The notes under the pieces are model-generated. The model had not been told where the DNA came from, made no database searches, and saw nothing but the letters and a program-made list of their open reading frames with translations. From positions 61 through 64,060 of the forward strand of contig CACZTJ010000032.1 of assembly GCA_902784065.1 (NCBI GenBank): a stretch of DNA of 64,000 nt, in the 5' to 3' direction. Numbering within the stretch: position 1 is the first letter of the stretch; every line of letters starts with the position of its first letter. This stretch comes from an uncultured Prevotellaceae bacterium. GTDB lineage: Bacteria > Bacteroidota > Bacteroidia > Bacteroidales > Bacteroidaceae. The position numbers and the translations under genes are program-made. This document shows positions 1 through 8,833 of this stretch, in pieces.

Positions 1-75
1 CACACGAGGTTTCAGTTGTGCCTGCGCTCCCATTGTCAGGAGACAGAGCAACAGAGAAATAATCAAATTCTTCAT
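1..75 (-). CDS. 5' end of a secreted protein (partial, runs off window; possibly DUF1593/nucleoside hydrolase-like)
   Basis: Manual translation MKNLIISLLLCLLTMGAQAQLKPRV: signal peptide; -7 box TATATTTG upstream on the minus strand (~107-114). Confidence 0.6.
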   Translation of the reverse strand, partial: MKNLIISLLLCLLTMGAQAQLKPRV

Positions 76-166
76 ATCATCTAAAAGTCTGCCAACTATT
101 TATGCTGCAAATATACGAATTATCGTACAGAAAAAGAAACAAATCAATGAAAATAAGCAAATTGCA

Positions 167-598
167 CTACTTGAGTGCAATTTTAACAGACAACATCTCC
201 CAGCCTCGTAACATTGCGAAGTCATCTAAACCTTCCGTACCACATTCCTGAATCGCCATGGCTCTACCAACCATCATCCAGCGCGCAGGCTGATCCGACG
301 GAATCCCAATTGGTTCATCAGGACCGATCCCCGTCAATCGACATACATTCTCTATATACTTCGAAGTCTGATTCTCATTAGGCGGTGCCCACTTATTGAT
401 TATCATTCTGATGGTAAACAGCCTATACTTATGATAGTACGTACGCGTAAGCAGATAAAACGCAGCGCGCCAACCATACTCCAAACTCTCAAACTGACAA
501 AATGCCGAATCTGTCTGTTGGGCTCGTAAGCCCACCCACAGGTCTTTCGACCTGCGGATGTTCAATGGATTATTATTTCTAATTCCTCTTGGTAACAT
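167..598 (-). CDS. 'structural protein P5'-like putative peptidoglycan hydrolase (lysozyme-like)
   Basis: PRGIRNNNPLNIR, F..LEYGWRAA, WAPPNEN.T..Y and AIQE motifs typical of this phage-associated family. Confidence 0.75.
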   Translation of the reverse strand: MLPRGIRNNNPLNIRRSKDLWVGLRAQQTDSAFCQFESLEYGWRAAFYLLTRTYYHKYRLFTIRMIINKWAPPNENQTSKYIENVCRLTGIGPDEPIGIPSDQPARWMMVGRAMAIQECGTEGLDDFAMLRGWEMLSVKIALK

Positions 599-613
599 AA
601 ATATTTTTCCTAT

Positions 614-2989
614 TTACTTATTAAACTTTAGGGCTTTCTTAAAACTGTCAACTGTCAACTGAAGAATATAACCTCTCGTTTTCCATTGAGAAACCATTTT
701 CCCCGTATTCTCGGTTCTCATACCCTGCTGCCGACGCACCCGTTTTGCATCCTCGATGGTGAATTCATCAGGCAACAGCTCCAGAAGGTTTCTCGGACCA
801 CGAGTGCCGATACGTTCGCCTTCATGCGTAGCTTTCTCAATGTCTTCACCGAAGAAAGTCATCTTGCAATAAAGGTCGTACTCCAAGCTCCACTTCACGA
901 AATCTTCAATCGACTTTTCCCATTTCTGCCCGTTGGCCACATAGAGCACGCAGGCTTTGAGCCAGGCGATCACGATAGCACGATGCGACAGGTTCCAGTA
1001 AGTCTCATCCTGAGAAAGTCGCGCAAACTCGGCACAATCTTCCTGCATCTGCTTCGCCAGTTTATAAGCTTGCGGACAGTCGATCAGTCCTCGGGCGTTG
1101 GTCAGATTGTCGATGTAAGGTTTCAGCTGTTCGTCAAATTCGTCATCATATTTCCCATAGACGGGCTGCTTGGCACCTATCTCCACCTCTGGGATCGTAC
1201 AAAAGTTGATACGGCTGATAGGCCCATCGGTGAGCACTCGGCTGAAGAACTTGCGACCTTTCTGAACGGTGGTACAGGCGTTCCAGTTAAACCGACACTT
1301 CGGGCGTGCAGTCACACTTTGCGTACCCACACGCGTCTGTCCGTATTCGGCTCCAGGATCAAAAGCCAGACACATCAGCTGGAAATGTTGCTTGCCCGTC
1401 TGACCTTTCAACTGTTCAAAAAGATCAAGCTCGTTCAGCTTCACATATACAAAGTGCCCTTCCGCTTCATCCATACGCGTCACCAGTGCGGGCTTCGTCA
1501 TATCGGGATCAATCTGCTGGATCACCAACCCCTCAGGGCGCGTCATCTTATCCTTGTTGGCGCCCTTCTTCTGACAGTCCTTCTTCCACTCATTTTCCCG
1601 ACGGCTGTTCTCCTCATCACGACGTTTGATGTCGGCCATGATGTGATTGATAGGCTCGTCGATACAGCCTTTACCAGCACCCGTACCAGCCATCAGACAG
1701 TTCATCAGCGTGGCCTCATGCTCCACATTATCCGTATAACAGAAGCGCACATCGCAGAGGTGAGTGCCCAATGGTGGGAACGCTGCATTGGCTACTGCAG
1801 GCTTGTAGATCTCGGGCGATCTGGAGGTCAGCAGCTCAATGAGCTTCGGCACCTTTTGGGGCATCGGTGGTGGAGATAGTACAGGCATCATGTCATCCAA
1901 CTGATTGTCATAAGATTTCAATCGTTGACTGCCTGTAAAGAGCGTTTCCTGCCACTTGGGGAGTCGTTGCGTCGGGTTGTAGTAGTTGGCATAAAAGGCA
2001 TTAACCAACTCTTGGATGTTTTCATCCTTCCAATGTTCAGGCATCAACTCCGACAGGATACTGTTAGCTTCCTCTTTGGTGAGAAGCTGAGTTGCTCCAC
2101 TCAGAAACACCTTCACAGTAGTGTGTCTCCCGCCTTCATTCAAGAAGTCGCTCTTTTCAAGCCCTTTCTCTTTCATCACCCCCTCCGCAATAAAACTCAC
2201 GCGGTCATCGACCTTTGTCATTCCGAGCGTAGTCGAGGAATCTCCTATGTCATCTCGACTAAGCGATGGAGCAGTGAGAGGAGAGCAGAGCTTGCTCTGG
2301 CTATCCCGAGTCGCGACAGAGTTCGACGAAGTCAAGGCAGCGCATGGAGAGATCTCTTCCCATGGCCGATAATGCTTATTCGCCTTCTTAGCCCCTTTCG
2401 GCACTTGCTCCAGTCCCTTCTTCTCCCGCTCCTTCAAGCGCAGATACTCCTGCTCACATTCTTCAGCAGTCATCGGTTCATCGAACAGCGCATCATCCAG
2501 ATAAGGCAAATCCTCTTCAGAACCACTCGTCGAGAACACCACCCTGTTAAGGTTTTTGGCATTTGTATCCATCTCTATATGTAGCTCATTAGCCACTTTC
2601 ACCTGATTTTCTAAGATGGTGGTTCCTGGTTGTCGTCGGCACACCAAATGCCAACCGCCGCCAGGACTCTTCTCCAGCATCATCAGTCCGATGGTATCTT
2701 TCTTCGAAAGCACCAGCTCCTTAATGGCTTCCGACTGTGCAGGATCATAGCAGTCCACATCGTGGAAGAAATAACTGCCAATACGCTCACAGCCAGCCAG
2801 TTTACCTTCTGCATGCCCAAGATTATAGGCGAGTTGCAGCAGCTTGCTCTTCGCCTTCTGATCGCCCTTGCGAGCCTTTGCCAAACACGCCAGATTCTCC
2901 TTCGAGTTTCTCAGTGCCATCAGCTCCTCGCGGTTTTTAACGGGAGTGATGTATTTCACCACTCCCTGATAATAGATTCTGTAGATCAT
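614..2989 (-). CDS. Primase-helicase: BT4734/VirE-N-like AEP domain, PriCT-like region, DUF3987-like P-loop helicase, C-terminal wHTH-like region
   Basis: FFHDVD (DxD) and SPGGGWH AEP-type motifs; EGGRH; Walker A AGTGAGKG; 791 aa. Confidence 0.8.
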   Translation of the reverse strand: MIYRIYYQGVVKYITPVKNREELMALRNSKENLACLAKARKGDQKAKSKLLQLAYNLGHAEGKLAGCERIGSYFFHDVDCYDPAQSEAIKELVLSKKDTIGLMMLEKSPGGGWHLVCRRQPGTTILENQVKVANELHIEMDTNAKNLNRVVFSTSGSEEDLPYLDDALFDEPMTAEECEQEYLRLKEREKKGLEQVPKGAKKANKHYRPWEEISPCAALTSSNSVATRDSQSKLCSPLTAPSLSRDDIGDSSTTLGMTKVDDRVSFIAEGVMKEKGLEKSDFLNEGGRHTTVKVFLSGATQLLTKEEANSILSELMPEHWKDENIQELVNAFYANYYNPTQRLPKWQETLFTGSQRLKSYDNQLDDMMPVLSPPPMPQKVPKLIELLTSRSPEIYKPAVANAAFPPLGTHLCDVRFCYTDNVEHEATLMNCLMAGTGAGKGCIDEPINHIMADIKRRDEENSRRENEWKKDCQKKGANKDKMTRPEGLVIQQIDPDMTKPALVTRMDEAEGHFVYVKLNELDLFEQLKGQTGKQHFQLMCLAFDPGAEYGQTRVGTQSVTARPKCRFNWNACTTVQKGRKFFSRVLTDGPISRINFCTIPEVEIGAKQPVYGKYDDEFDEQLKPYIDNLTNARGLIDCPQAYKLAKQMQEDCAEFARLSQDETYWNLSHRAIVIAWLKACVLYVANGQKWEKSIEDFVKWSLEYDLYCKMTFFGEDIEKATHEGERIGTRGPRNLLELLPDEFTIEDAKRVRRQQGMRTENTGKMVSQWKTRGYILQLTVDSFKKALKFNK
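642..666. repeat. 25-bp copy (AAACTGTCAACTGTCAACTGAAGAA) of the origin-like arm, inside the primase-helicase 3' end
   Basis: Exact reverse complement of 18310-18334. Confidence 0.95.
2216..2356. repeat. Composite REP-like repeat inserted in frame in the primase-helicase gene
   Basis: TGTCATTCCGAGCGTAGTCGAGGAATCTC plus TGTCATCTCGAC...GGAGAGATCTC; same family as the intergenic copies; 141 nt = 47 codons. Confidence 0.85.
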
Positions 2990-3363
2990 CGGCTCAAGCC
3001 TTTCTTTTTCAGATATTTGATGATCTGTGTCACACCTTTTTCTAATATCTTCGGTAGATCGTCACGCATCTCTGCAGGCACCGAGAAAACCACTCGGTCA
3101 TTACCGTCTGTACAGAACGACAGACTACCATAGTCAACCTTCAGCACAGGCTTACCACGTTTGCGCGTTCTTCTGATGAAGTCAAACGATCCGTTGCTCA
3201 ACATCTGACCGTAGCCTATGCCGTGAAACGACTCTACGATTCCCACTCTCGGATTATCAGGAAGCACCTGCACATAATCCATTCCACACTCAGTTTTGCT
3301 CACTGCCACCTGGGCATTCAGCGTTGTTGTCTTAATTGCTTTGTTGTTATTTTTCTTTTCCAT
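2986..3363 (-). CDS. Hypothetical protein, overlapping the primase-helicase start
   Basis: ORF 2986..3429; probable start MEKKNN at 3363; ATGA overlap with the downstream gene. Confidence 0.65.
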   Translation of the reverse strand: MEKKNNNKAIKTTTLNAQVAVSKTECGMDYVQVLPDNPRVGIVESFHGIGYGQMLSNGSFDFIRRTRKRGKPVLKVDYGSLSFCTDGNDRVVFSVPAEMRDDLPKILEKGVTQIIKYLKKKGLSR

Positions 3364-3462
3364 TGTTTTTGAGTTTTGCGAGAAGAAGGTTGGAATCTTT
3401 GCGCATTTACCCGGGAACATCCTCCTCACTTCAACTCAAATTGTCTAACTTTAAACATTAAC

Positions 3463-3552
3463 AGATCTCTCCACTCACTCCGTTCGGTCGAGATGACAAC
3501 GGTATGTCATTTCGAGCGCCTTTTGTCACCTCGAGCGAAGTCGAGAGGTCTC
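3463..3552. repeat. REP-like palindromic repeat cluster
   Basis: AGATCTCTCCACTC...GGTCGAGATGACA and TGTCACCTCGAGCGAAGTCGAGAGGTCTC units. Confidence 0.85.
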
Positions 3553-3555
3553 ATC

Positions 3556-3831
3556 TCATTTCTTCACGACCTCTGCTGCTACGATATCCATAAACATTTG
3601 CCCATTGTACTCTCGAGCCTGAAACTTCAGCGTAGCAATCACGATGTCACCCTCGTTGTACTCGATCGTCGCCAGACTGCCCAAGACTGTCGCCACATAC
3701 GTCGGCTCATACTTACCGCCTAGTTCCTGCAACACCAGCGTTCGCTTGTTCAGCACACCGCTCTCTGATTTCTCACTCTTCACTGTAAAGCACTCACCGC
3801 ACTTCACCACTCTTAAAATTCTTGCTTCCAT
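3556..3831 (-). CDS. DUF3127-like small OB-fold (putative ssDNA-binding) protein
   Basis: KRTLVLQE.GGKY and F.AREYNGQ.F.DI motifs; 91 aa. Confidence 0.65.
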   Translation of the reverse strand: MEARILRVVKCGECFTVKSEKSESGVLNKRTLVLQELGGKYEPTYVATVLGSLATIEYNEGDIVIATLKFQAREYNGQMFMDIVAAEVVKK

Positions 3832-3868
3832 AATTTTGTTTAAATTTTTAGTGATTAATAATTATTAT

Positions 3869-4549
3869 TTACTGCAGTAATCCTGCAACTTTCATCTGTT
3901 CACTCATCTCCCACGACTCACACACATGATGAGGTTCTACACATTCGCCACTAATGGAACAATATCGCTTTGTGACGGCTCGCGTCAAGTCTTTGTGGGC
4001 ACAACTGGCGCAGCACTTCTTCACTCGGATACCTTGCTCATTTCTCACCCATTTGAAACGATCCACCTTTGATCCTTCCTTCTTAACATCTGGCAAAGCA
4101 ATCTTTGTGTTGTATGAGCCCCATAATCTGTTCATCTGATACAGGCGAGGATCGTTCTCATTGAAGCGGCACACGCTAAACGGACATTCCTTCTTACAAA
4201 CCATCTTCTTGATGGTACTGACGATCGATGCTCTCACCGTTTTATCAGGAACTGCCCCTACCTTCTTATATTTGTTAAAACATTTATAGACACCCATAAC
4301 GCCCTCTTCCACCAGATCGAGAAACGATACTGAATTCATCAGCAGACTGTTCGTATAAGCAATCCTGATGATTGTCGGAATGTAGCTCTTAACGAGGTAG
4401 TCGATAACACCCGGATTCTGTAACTGAGTGAGCATACGCTTCTTCTCTTTATTCCGAAGCTTGATGATCTTCTCCACATCGTTCAGGAAAATCTGAATGT
4501 TCAGATCCTGCGATTCTTTTAATTCTTGAATAATCTGTTTGTACTTCAT
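3869..4549 (-). CDS. Sigma-70 region 1.2/2-like N-terminus fused to a Cys-rich (CCASC...C...C..W) domain
   Basis: LVKSY...IIRIA...FLDLVEEGVMGVYKC resembles sigma region 2 (compare [13 protein letters not shown] at 46263); probable start MKYKQ at 4549. Confidence 0.6.
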   Translation of the reverse strand: MKYKQIIQELKESQDLNIQIFLNDVEKIIKLRNKEKKRMLTQLQNPGVIDYLVKSYIPTIIRIAYTNSLLMNSVSFLDLVEEGVMGVYKCFNKYKKVGAVPDKTVRASIVSTIKKMVCKKECPFSVCRFNENDPRLYQMNRLWGSYNTKIALPDVKKEGSKVDRFKWVRNEQGIRVKKCCASCAHKDLTRAVTKRYCSISGECVEPHHVCESWEMSEQMKVAGLLQ

Positions 4550-4600
4550 TTTGCTTTTATTTTTAAATTTGAATTTCACTTGTTTTTGTCTTTCGACGAT

Positions 4601-4673
4601 GCAAAATTAAGCACAAAAAAACGCCCCAGAACATCTGGAGCGATTTGGGAAATATATGGGAAGAATTTGGGAA
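4601..4673 (-). promoter_or_regulatory. Promoter of the left module: -7 box plus three phased TTCCCA repeats
   Basis: TAATTTTG on the minus strand at 4602-4609; TGGGAA at 4646, 4657 and 4668 (11-bp period); small hairpin 4622-4642. Confidence 0.6.
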
Positions 4674-4675
4674 AC

Positions 4676-5164
4676 TTACCCCTTCAAAATGGTTGTTTTG
4701 CCTAATTCTTCACCCAGATTCAATGCTATTTGCCTACAAACGGAATAGGTTCCTTTATCCATATTGCTGACTCTGATTTCCGTCTTTCCGAAAGGATCAC
4801 TGTCCATAAACGAGAGCGAACAATACTTCCTGATGCTTTCATAGCTGCAATCCAAGTCATCGGGTAATCCAATAGCCAAGGTCTTTATCTTATCACAAAA
4901 TGCTTTAGGGTCAACAGGATAGAAGCACTTCCATCTGAGGCACCAATAGGCCCCAGCCCACTTCCATTTAGTATTAATCGCCTTATCCTTGCCGACACAA
5001 GCCTGTAAAGCCCTACTCACTTGTTCGTCGGAAAAGCCGTTCTGACCACTTTCACATTTCCCTTGATACACTGTACCGTAATAGTTATTGGTTTGGGTCT
5101 GGATAATCTGGTTGCCTGGGCTGTAGATATGAACCACGAAGCCGTTTAGTTTTTCATTCTTCAC
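4676..5164 (-). CDS. Hypothetical protein (candidate regulator)
   Basis: 162-aa ORF with GTG start overlapping the upstream ORF; SPGNQIIQ motif. Confidence 0.6.
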   Translation of the reverse strand: MKNEKLNGFVVHIYSPGNQIIQTQTNNYYGTVYQGKCESGQNGFSDEQVSRALQACVGKDKAINTKWKWAGAYWCLRWKCFYPVDPKAFCDKIKTLAIGLPDDLDCSYESIRKYCSLSFMDSDPFGKTEIRVSNMDKGTYSVCRQIALNLGEELGKTTILKG

Positions 5165-5441
5165 GTGTCAGTCCTCCATAGTTGTGTTGTTCCTGCACAA
5201 TCTGATTCCCCGGGCTTTTAAAGCTTACTTCGGAAACATCCCCAATGCGAATCTCAGCTATCTTTTCTTCTTCAATTATCAGATAGACGTTCACATTCAG
5301 ATTGTTAACACGAAGGTTTCTTTGGCAAAGGAAGCTCTTGCAGATGTTAATAAACCACCTGATGATCTTTGGGTCGCAAATCTTCTTTGCGACCCCGCGT
5401 TGACTGCCTAGCAGTTCTTCTGTGATTGTTTTTGGTTGCAT
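5154..5441 (-). CDS. Hypothetical protein
   Basis: 95-aa ATG ORF; C-terminal SPGNQIVQ motif shared with its neighbour. Confidence 0.5.
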   Translation of the reverse strand: MQPKTITEELLGSQRGVAKKICDPKIIRWFINICKSFLCQRNLRVNNLNVNVYLIIEEEKIAEIRIGDVSEVSFKSPGNQIVQEQHNYGGLTREE

Positions 5442-5721
5442 CTTAATTTATTTTATAAATTATTAGATATAGGCTACAAAGGTACATAATATAATCGAAA
5501 GCGCCAAACCCTTTCGACAGATAATCCAATTGTATCGACAATAAGATTTTCTTTAACTTTTGTTTTAATTCACGCGTATGTGTACCTTTTATTGATATAG
5601 CAGGAAAATAGCAAAGTGCATTTTTATTTTGCACAATAGCCAATAAAACGCCACGAAATATTCGTGCAAAAAATACACTTAAAAATTTGGCAGAACCAAA
5701 TAAAAGCCTTACCTTTGCACT

Positions 5722-5874
5722 GGGTTAAGTAATACATTTATGTATATAATTCAAAAGCCCATCGTGATGATGCGCAAGTTGTAAATTTTAGTTTTTATGG
5801 TTAAAATCGCATCTATCGCGAGATACATGTCGAGAAATTTAATCCTGTATTAGCCCCCTCCAAGGGGGCTTTTT
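5722..5874 (+). ncRNA. Putative sRNA A
   Basis: -7 box TACCTTTG 5710-5717, no ORF, internal hairpins (ATCGTGATGAT, TATCGCGAGATA), terminator 5852-5874. Confidence 0.5.
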
Positions 5875-5887
5875 CATGCTCCTTTAC

Positions 5888-5918
5888 GACACGATCAACC
5901 TCTTCCCCATACTCTGTC
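5888..5918. repeat. ~31-bp direct repeat, copy 1
   Basis: GACACGATC-AACCTCTTCCCCATACTCTGTC; near-identical to 7565-7596. Confidence 0.85.
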
Positions 5919-5982
5919 ACCTCGAGCGGAGTCGAGAGGTCTCAGGAGATCTCTCCACTCGCTTCGCTCGGTCGAGATGACA
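5915..5982. repeat. REP-like doublet
   Basis: TGTCACCTCGAGCGGAGTCGAGAGGTCTC...GGTCGAGATGACA. Confidence 0.85.
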
Positions 5983-5985
5983 AGG

Positions 5986-6810
5986 TTAGTCTTCTTCAAC
6001 CTTTTCCCAATCCATGGTTTGCTCAAAAGTAGAGCCATCTTCATTTTGGCGAAGTGCTTTCCACTGCATCTTGTCACCCTTGATAGTTACGATTTCCCAC
6101 CACTCACGCAATTCATTCTCCTCGACATTCTTCCAGCGAGTAGCCAACAACGTACCATCGACAAAGTAATCTTGGAATTCACGCGTTGTTACGGATTCCC
6201 ACTCACCATCATCATTTTTGCGAAAGTAGTTGTATGTGCCGTCTTCGAAGAACTCCAGTCTGCCATTAGCATCGTTGTAAGTTTCGCCACCTTTAAGGCC
6301 CTTACATTCCCATAAGCCGAGAATGGCCTCAGAGTAGTCATCTGTGAGTTTGACAAAGCGGATGACACCTTCATTGTGAAGCACCACTTTGCCGTCAACC
6401 GTCACAGTTAACTTGTGTCTGGCTGTAAACTCACTGCCGTCGATGGCGATGACTTTAAAGTTTTCGACCATTGTGGTATGCTCATCAGAGTAGTTAGTGA
6501 GGGTCATCGTGTTGCCACTGATGGCGACATCAAGTTCTTTCTGGTCGTTCCACACGGCTTCCTCGCCTTGCTGTGCGTTGATCGAAACACTCATGTAGGC
6601 TTTGGTCGCGGAGACGAAGGTATAAACTGATTTCCTGTCGGTTAATAACGATTGCCCGTCGAGTTCCGCAGGCATCCACTTACCAATGATCTTTTGCTTG
6701 AGGTCAAGGTCGGTGGTAACGGGGTTATCCTCACTATTCGTACACGAAGTGAAAACACTTGAGCCGCAAATCAGGATAGCGGCTATCACCCATTGCATAA
6801 GTCTGTTCAT
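5986..6810 (-). CDS. Lipoprotein with two lipocalin-like domains
   Basis: Lipobox FTSC; repeated IIGKW / ILGLW strand starts. Confidence 0.7.
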   Translation of the reverse strand: MNRLMQWVIAAILICGSSVFTSCTNSEDNPVTTDLDLKQKIIGKWMPAELDGQSLLTDRKSVYTFVSATKAYMSVSINAQQGEEAVWNDQKELDVAISGNTMTLTNYSDEHTTMVENFKVIAIDGSEFTARHKLTVTVDGKVVLHNEGVIRFVKLTDDYSEAILGLWECKGLKGGETYNDANGRLEFFEDGTYNYFRKNDDGEWESVTTREFQDYFVDGTLLATRWKNVEENELREWWEIVTIKGDKMQWKALRQNEDGSTFEQTMDWEKVEED

Positions 6811-6967
6811 AATTTCAATCGTTTAGTTAATATAGAGATTTACGACTGCAAAGATACTAAAATAAAAGTAAAAAAACTAATTTTTCACCAATAAAATATG
6901 GTAGTTTCAAAAAAACTCCTTATCTTTGCGACACAATAATAAAGTATTAACGCTTAAATTTACGACT

Positions 6968-7555
6968 ATGGACGAATTACAAAACATTCAATCCAAGATT
7001 TACGTCATTCGCGGCGAACGCGTGATGCTTGACAGAGACATTGCTGCATTGTATAATGTAGAAACAAAAGTCTTAAATCAGGCAGTTAAACGCAACATCA
7101 AAAGATTCCCTGAAGACTTTATGTTTCAACTGTCAAAGACGGAGTTTCAAATTTGGAAGTCACAAATTGTGACCTCCAATTCCGACAAGATGGGATTACG
7201 TCGGCCACCTTATGCTTTTACAGAACAAGGGGTTGCTATGCTAAGCGGGATCCTGAACTCTGATATTGCAATAGATACAAACATCAAAATAATCAGGGCT
7301 TTTGTTGCATTACGTCGTATTGTGAGCATTCCCAATACAACGGAACGATTTAAACAGATTGAAAAGGAAATAGAGTTCATCAAATCTGAGATGGAAGATA
7401 CTCTTGAGATTCAGAACGATATAAACGAGAGTACTCGCGCTCAGCTCGATGCTATTAGCACCGCTTTGGCAGAGCTCCAAGCCAAACCATCTGAGACAAA
7501 GCCTCGCAACCCCATCGGCTTCATACAGCCAAAGGACAATGATAATAAGAAATAA
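6968..7555 (+). CDS. ORF6N-domain DNA-binding protein
   Basis: [43 protein letters not shown]-terminal RNPIGF; ATG at 6968. Confidence 0.9.
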   Translation: MDELQNIQSKIYVIRGERVMLDRDIAALYNVETKVLNQAVKRNIKRFPEDFMFQLSKTEFQIWKSQIVTSNSDKMGLRRPPYAFTEQGVAMLSGILNSDIAIDTNIKIIRAFVALRRIVSIPNTTERFKQIEKEIEFIKSEMEDTLEIQNDINESTRAQLDAISTALAELQAKPSETKPRNPIGFIQPKDNDNKK

Positions 7556-7564
7556 TAATTGTAT

Positions 7565-7596
7565 GACACGATCTAACCTCTTCCCCCTACTCTGTC
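7565..7596. repeat. ~31-bp direct repeat, copy 2
   Basis: One indel and one substitution relative to 5888-5918. Confidence 0.85.
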
Positions 7597-7656
7597 GCAA
7601 TATTAAAAAAACATAAAATATTTGGCGCTTTCAAAATAATACTTTATCTTTGCACT

Positions 7657-7731
7657 CAGTTTTTTAATTAAATTTAAGGTTAACAATTAGGCTCGCACCC
7701 CTTCCTGTGATAGGACGGGGCGCCTTTTTTT
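7657..7731 (+). ncRNA. Putative sRNA B
   Basis: TTTG at 7621 and TATCTTTG at 7645-7652; 26 nt identical to 62337-62362; GC hairpin followed by T-run. Confidence 0.6.
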
Positions 7732-7937
7732 GCCCATATATCATGGATAATTAACAGAAAGTAGGATGTTGTCCCGTTGTTATTCTTAATTTGGGTACAA
7801 CAAAAACCACTGACAACCAGAATTGCTGCTGAAAGTTAGTGGGTTATTGTTTATGTTGTCAATCTTGAAAAGATGATTATTACGATAGAAAGACACTTTG
7901 CGCCCTTTTAAGGTCTTACAAGTACCTCACGGTATCG

Positions 7938-8825
7938 TCATTCTTTACTCTTTTTCCCAGACATATACTCATCCATGCATTTTTGAATAAAAGCCATCAC
8001 TGTTGGTGCTGCTGCATTAACGACAATTTGTTTACCGAACAGCAAGTTCAGAAGTTCCCAATATTTGCCAAGCAATGAGATTCCAAAACATTTTATTGAA
8101 TAGAAATCATCTGTAGATTCACCAAGTAACAAAGAATTGCTCAATCCATGAACGTATTGTGATGTATATGAGTAGAATGATTGTATGTTTGGTCGAATAT
8201 CTATCAGAGCATACAGGTCCTCCCAAGTCTGCTTTTGCGGTTTAGTCAGAGTAGCATCGAAGGTTTTATACTTCCAATTACTTTTATCAACAATTATCTG
8301 AAAGAGAGTTGGATTCAGTGTCTTATAAGGATGATTATCAAGCAGCCTTAGGCAAGTTTCAATCATACATTCTGCATTTGCTCTGGCAGAAATAACTTGA
8401 TTATGGATAGAATCATATTCCTCTTTTGTACAGTATCCATCATATTGATAATCAAAACTAAGAGCCTCTTTTCGCTTCCTGTTTCCGTCCAAAAAGTAAA
8501 GCAAATACCTGAATGTAGTCTCAGTTTCGTCCTTGTTGGCAAAAATGCGATACATTACACAAAGATTATCTGCCTGCATTCGTATAAGCCCGTAACAAGA
8601 TACTGCATCTTGTTCCTGTTCTGCTAAAGTCTGAAGGGATTGCGCTTGTTTGAGAAAATTTTGCCCCATATATAACAGCGTACCAATAGCATCTGTCAAA
8701 TCATTCTTTCGATGTCCAACAGATAAACGCTTCGTTGCACTTTCTGCGAGTAGCATTATTTGCGAGAAAGCTATTTCTGGAGTATTTCCAGTTTCTTCCA
8801 TTTCTGGTATCGAGACTTTCACCAT
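7938..8825 (-). CDS. Hypothetical protein, DUF5677-like (possible defence effector)
   Basis: Helical 295-aa ORF with LIR...DN and YSYTSQYVHG motifs; last gene of the island. Confidence 0.5.
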   Translation of the reverse strand: MVKVSIPEMEETGNTPEIAFSQIMLLAESATKRLSVGHRKNDLTDAIGTLLYMGQNFLKQAQSLQTLAEQEQDAVSCYGLIRMQADNLCVMYRIFANKDETETTFRYLLYFLDGNRKRKEALSFDYQYDGYCTKEEYDSIHNQVISARANAECMIETCLRLLDNHPYKTLNPTLFQIIVDKSNWKYKTFDATLTKPQKQTWEDLYALIDIRPNIQSFYSYTSQYVHGLSNSLLLGESTDDFYSIKCFGISLLGKYWELLNLLFGKQIVVNAAAPTVMAFIQKCMDEYMSGKKSKE

Positions 8826-8833
8826 GCAATTGT

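Noticed and set aside
686..2584. Long + strand ORFs (397 aa, 219 aa) opposite the primase-helicase
   Set aside because: Antisense shadows of a codon-biased gene; no motifs and no credible starts.
5443..5643. 66-aa ORF (and the similar 16161..16385 ORF)
   Set aside because: AT-rich intergenic/promoter sequence with weak starts and no recognisable motifs.
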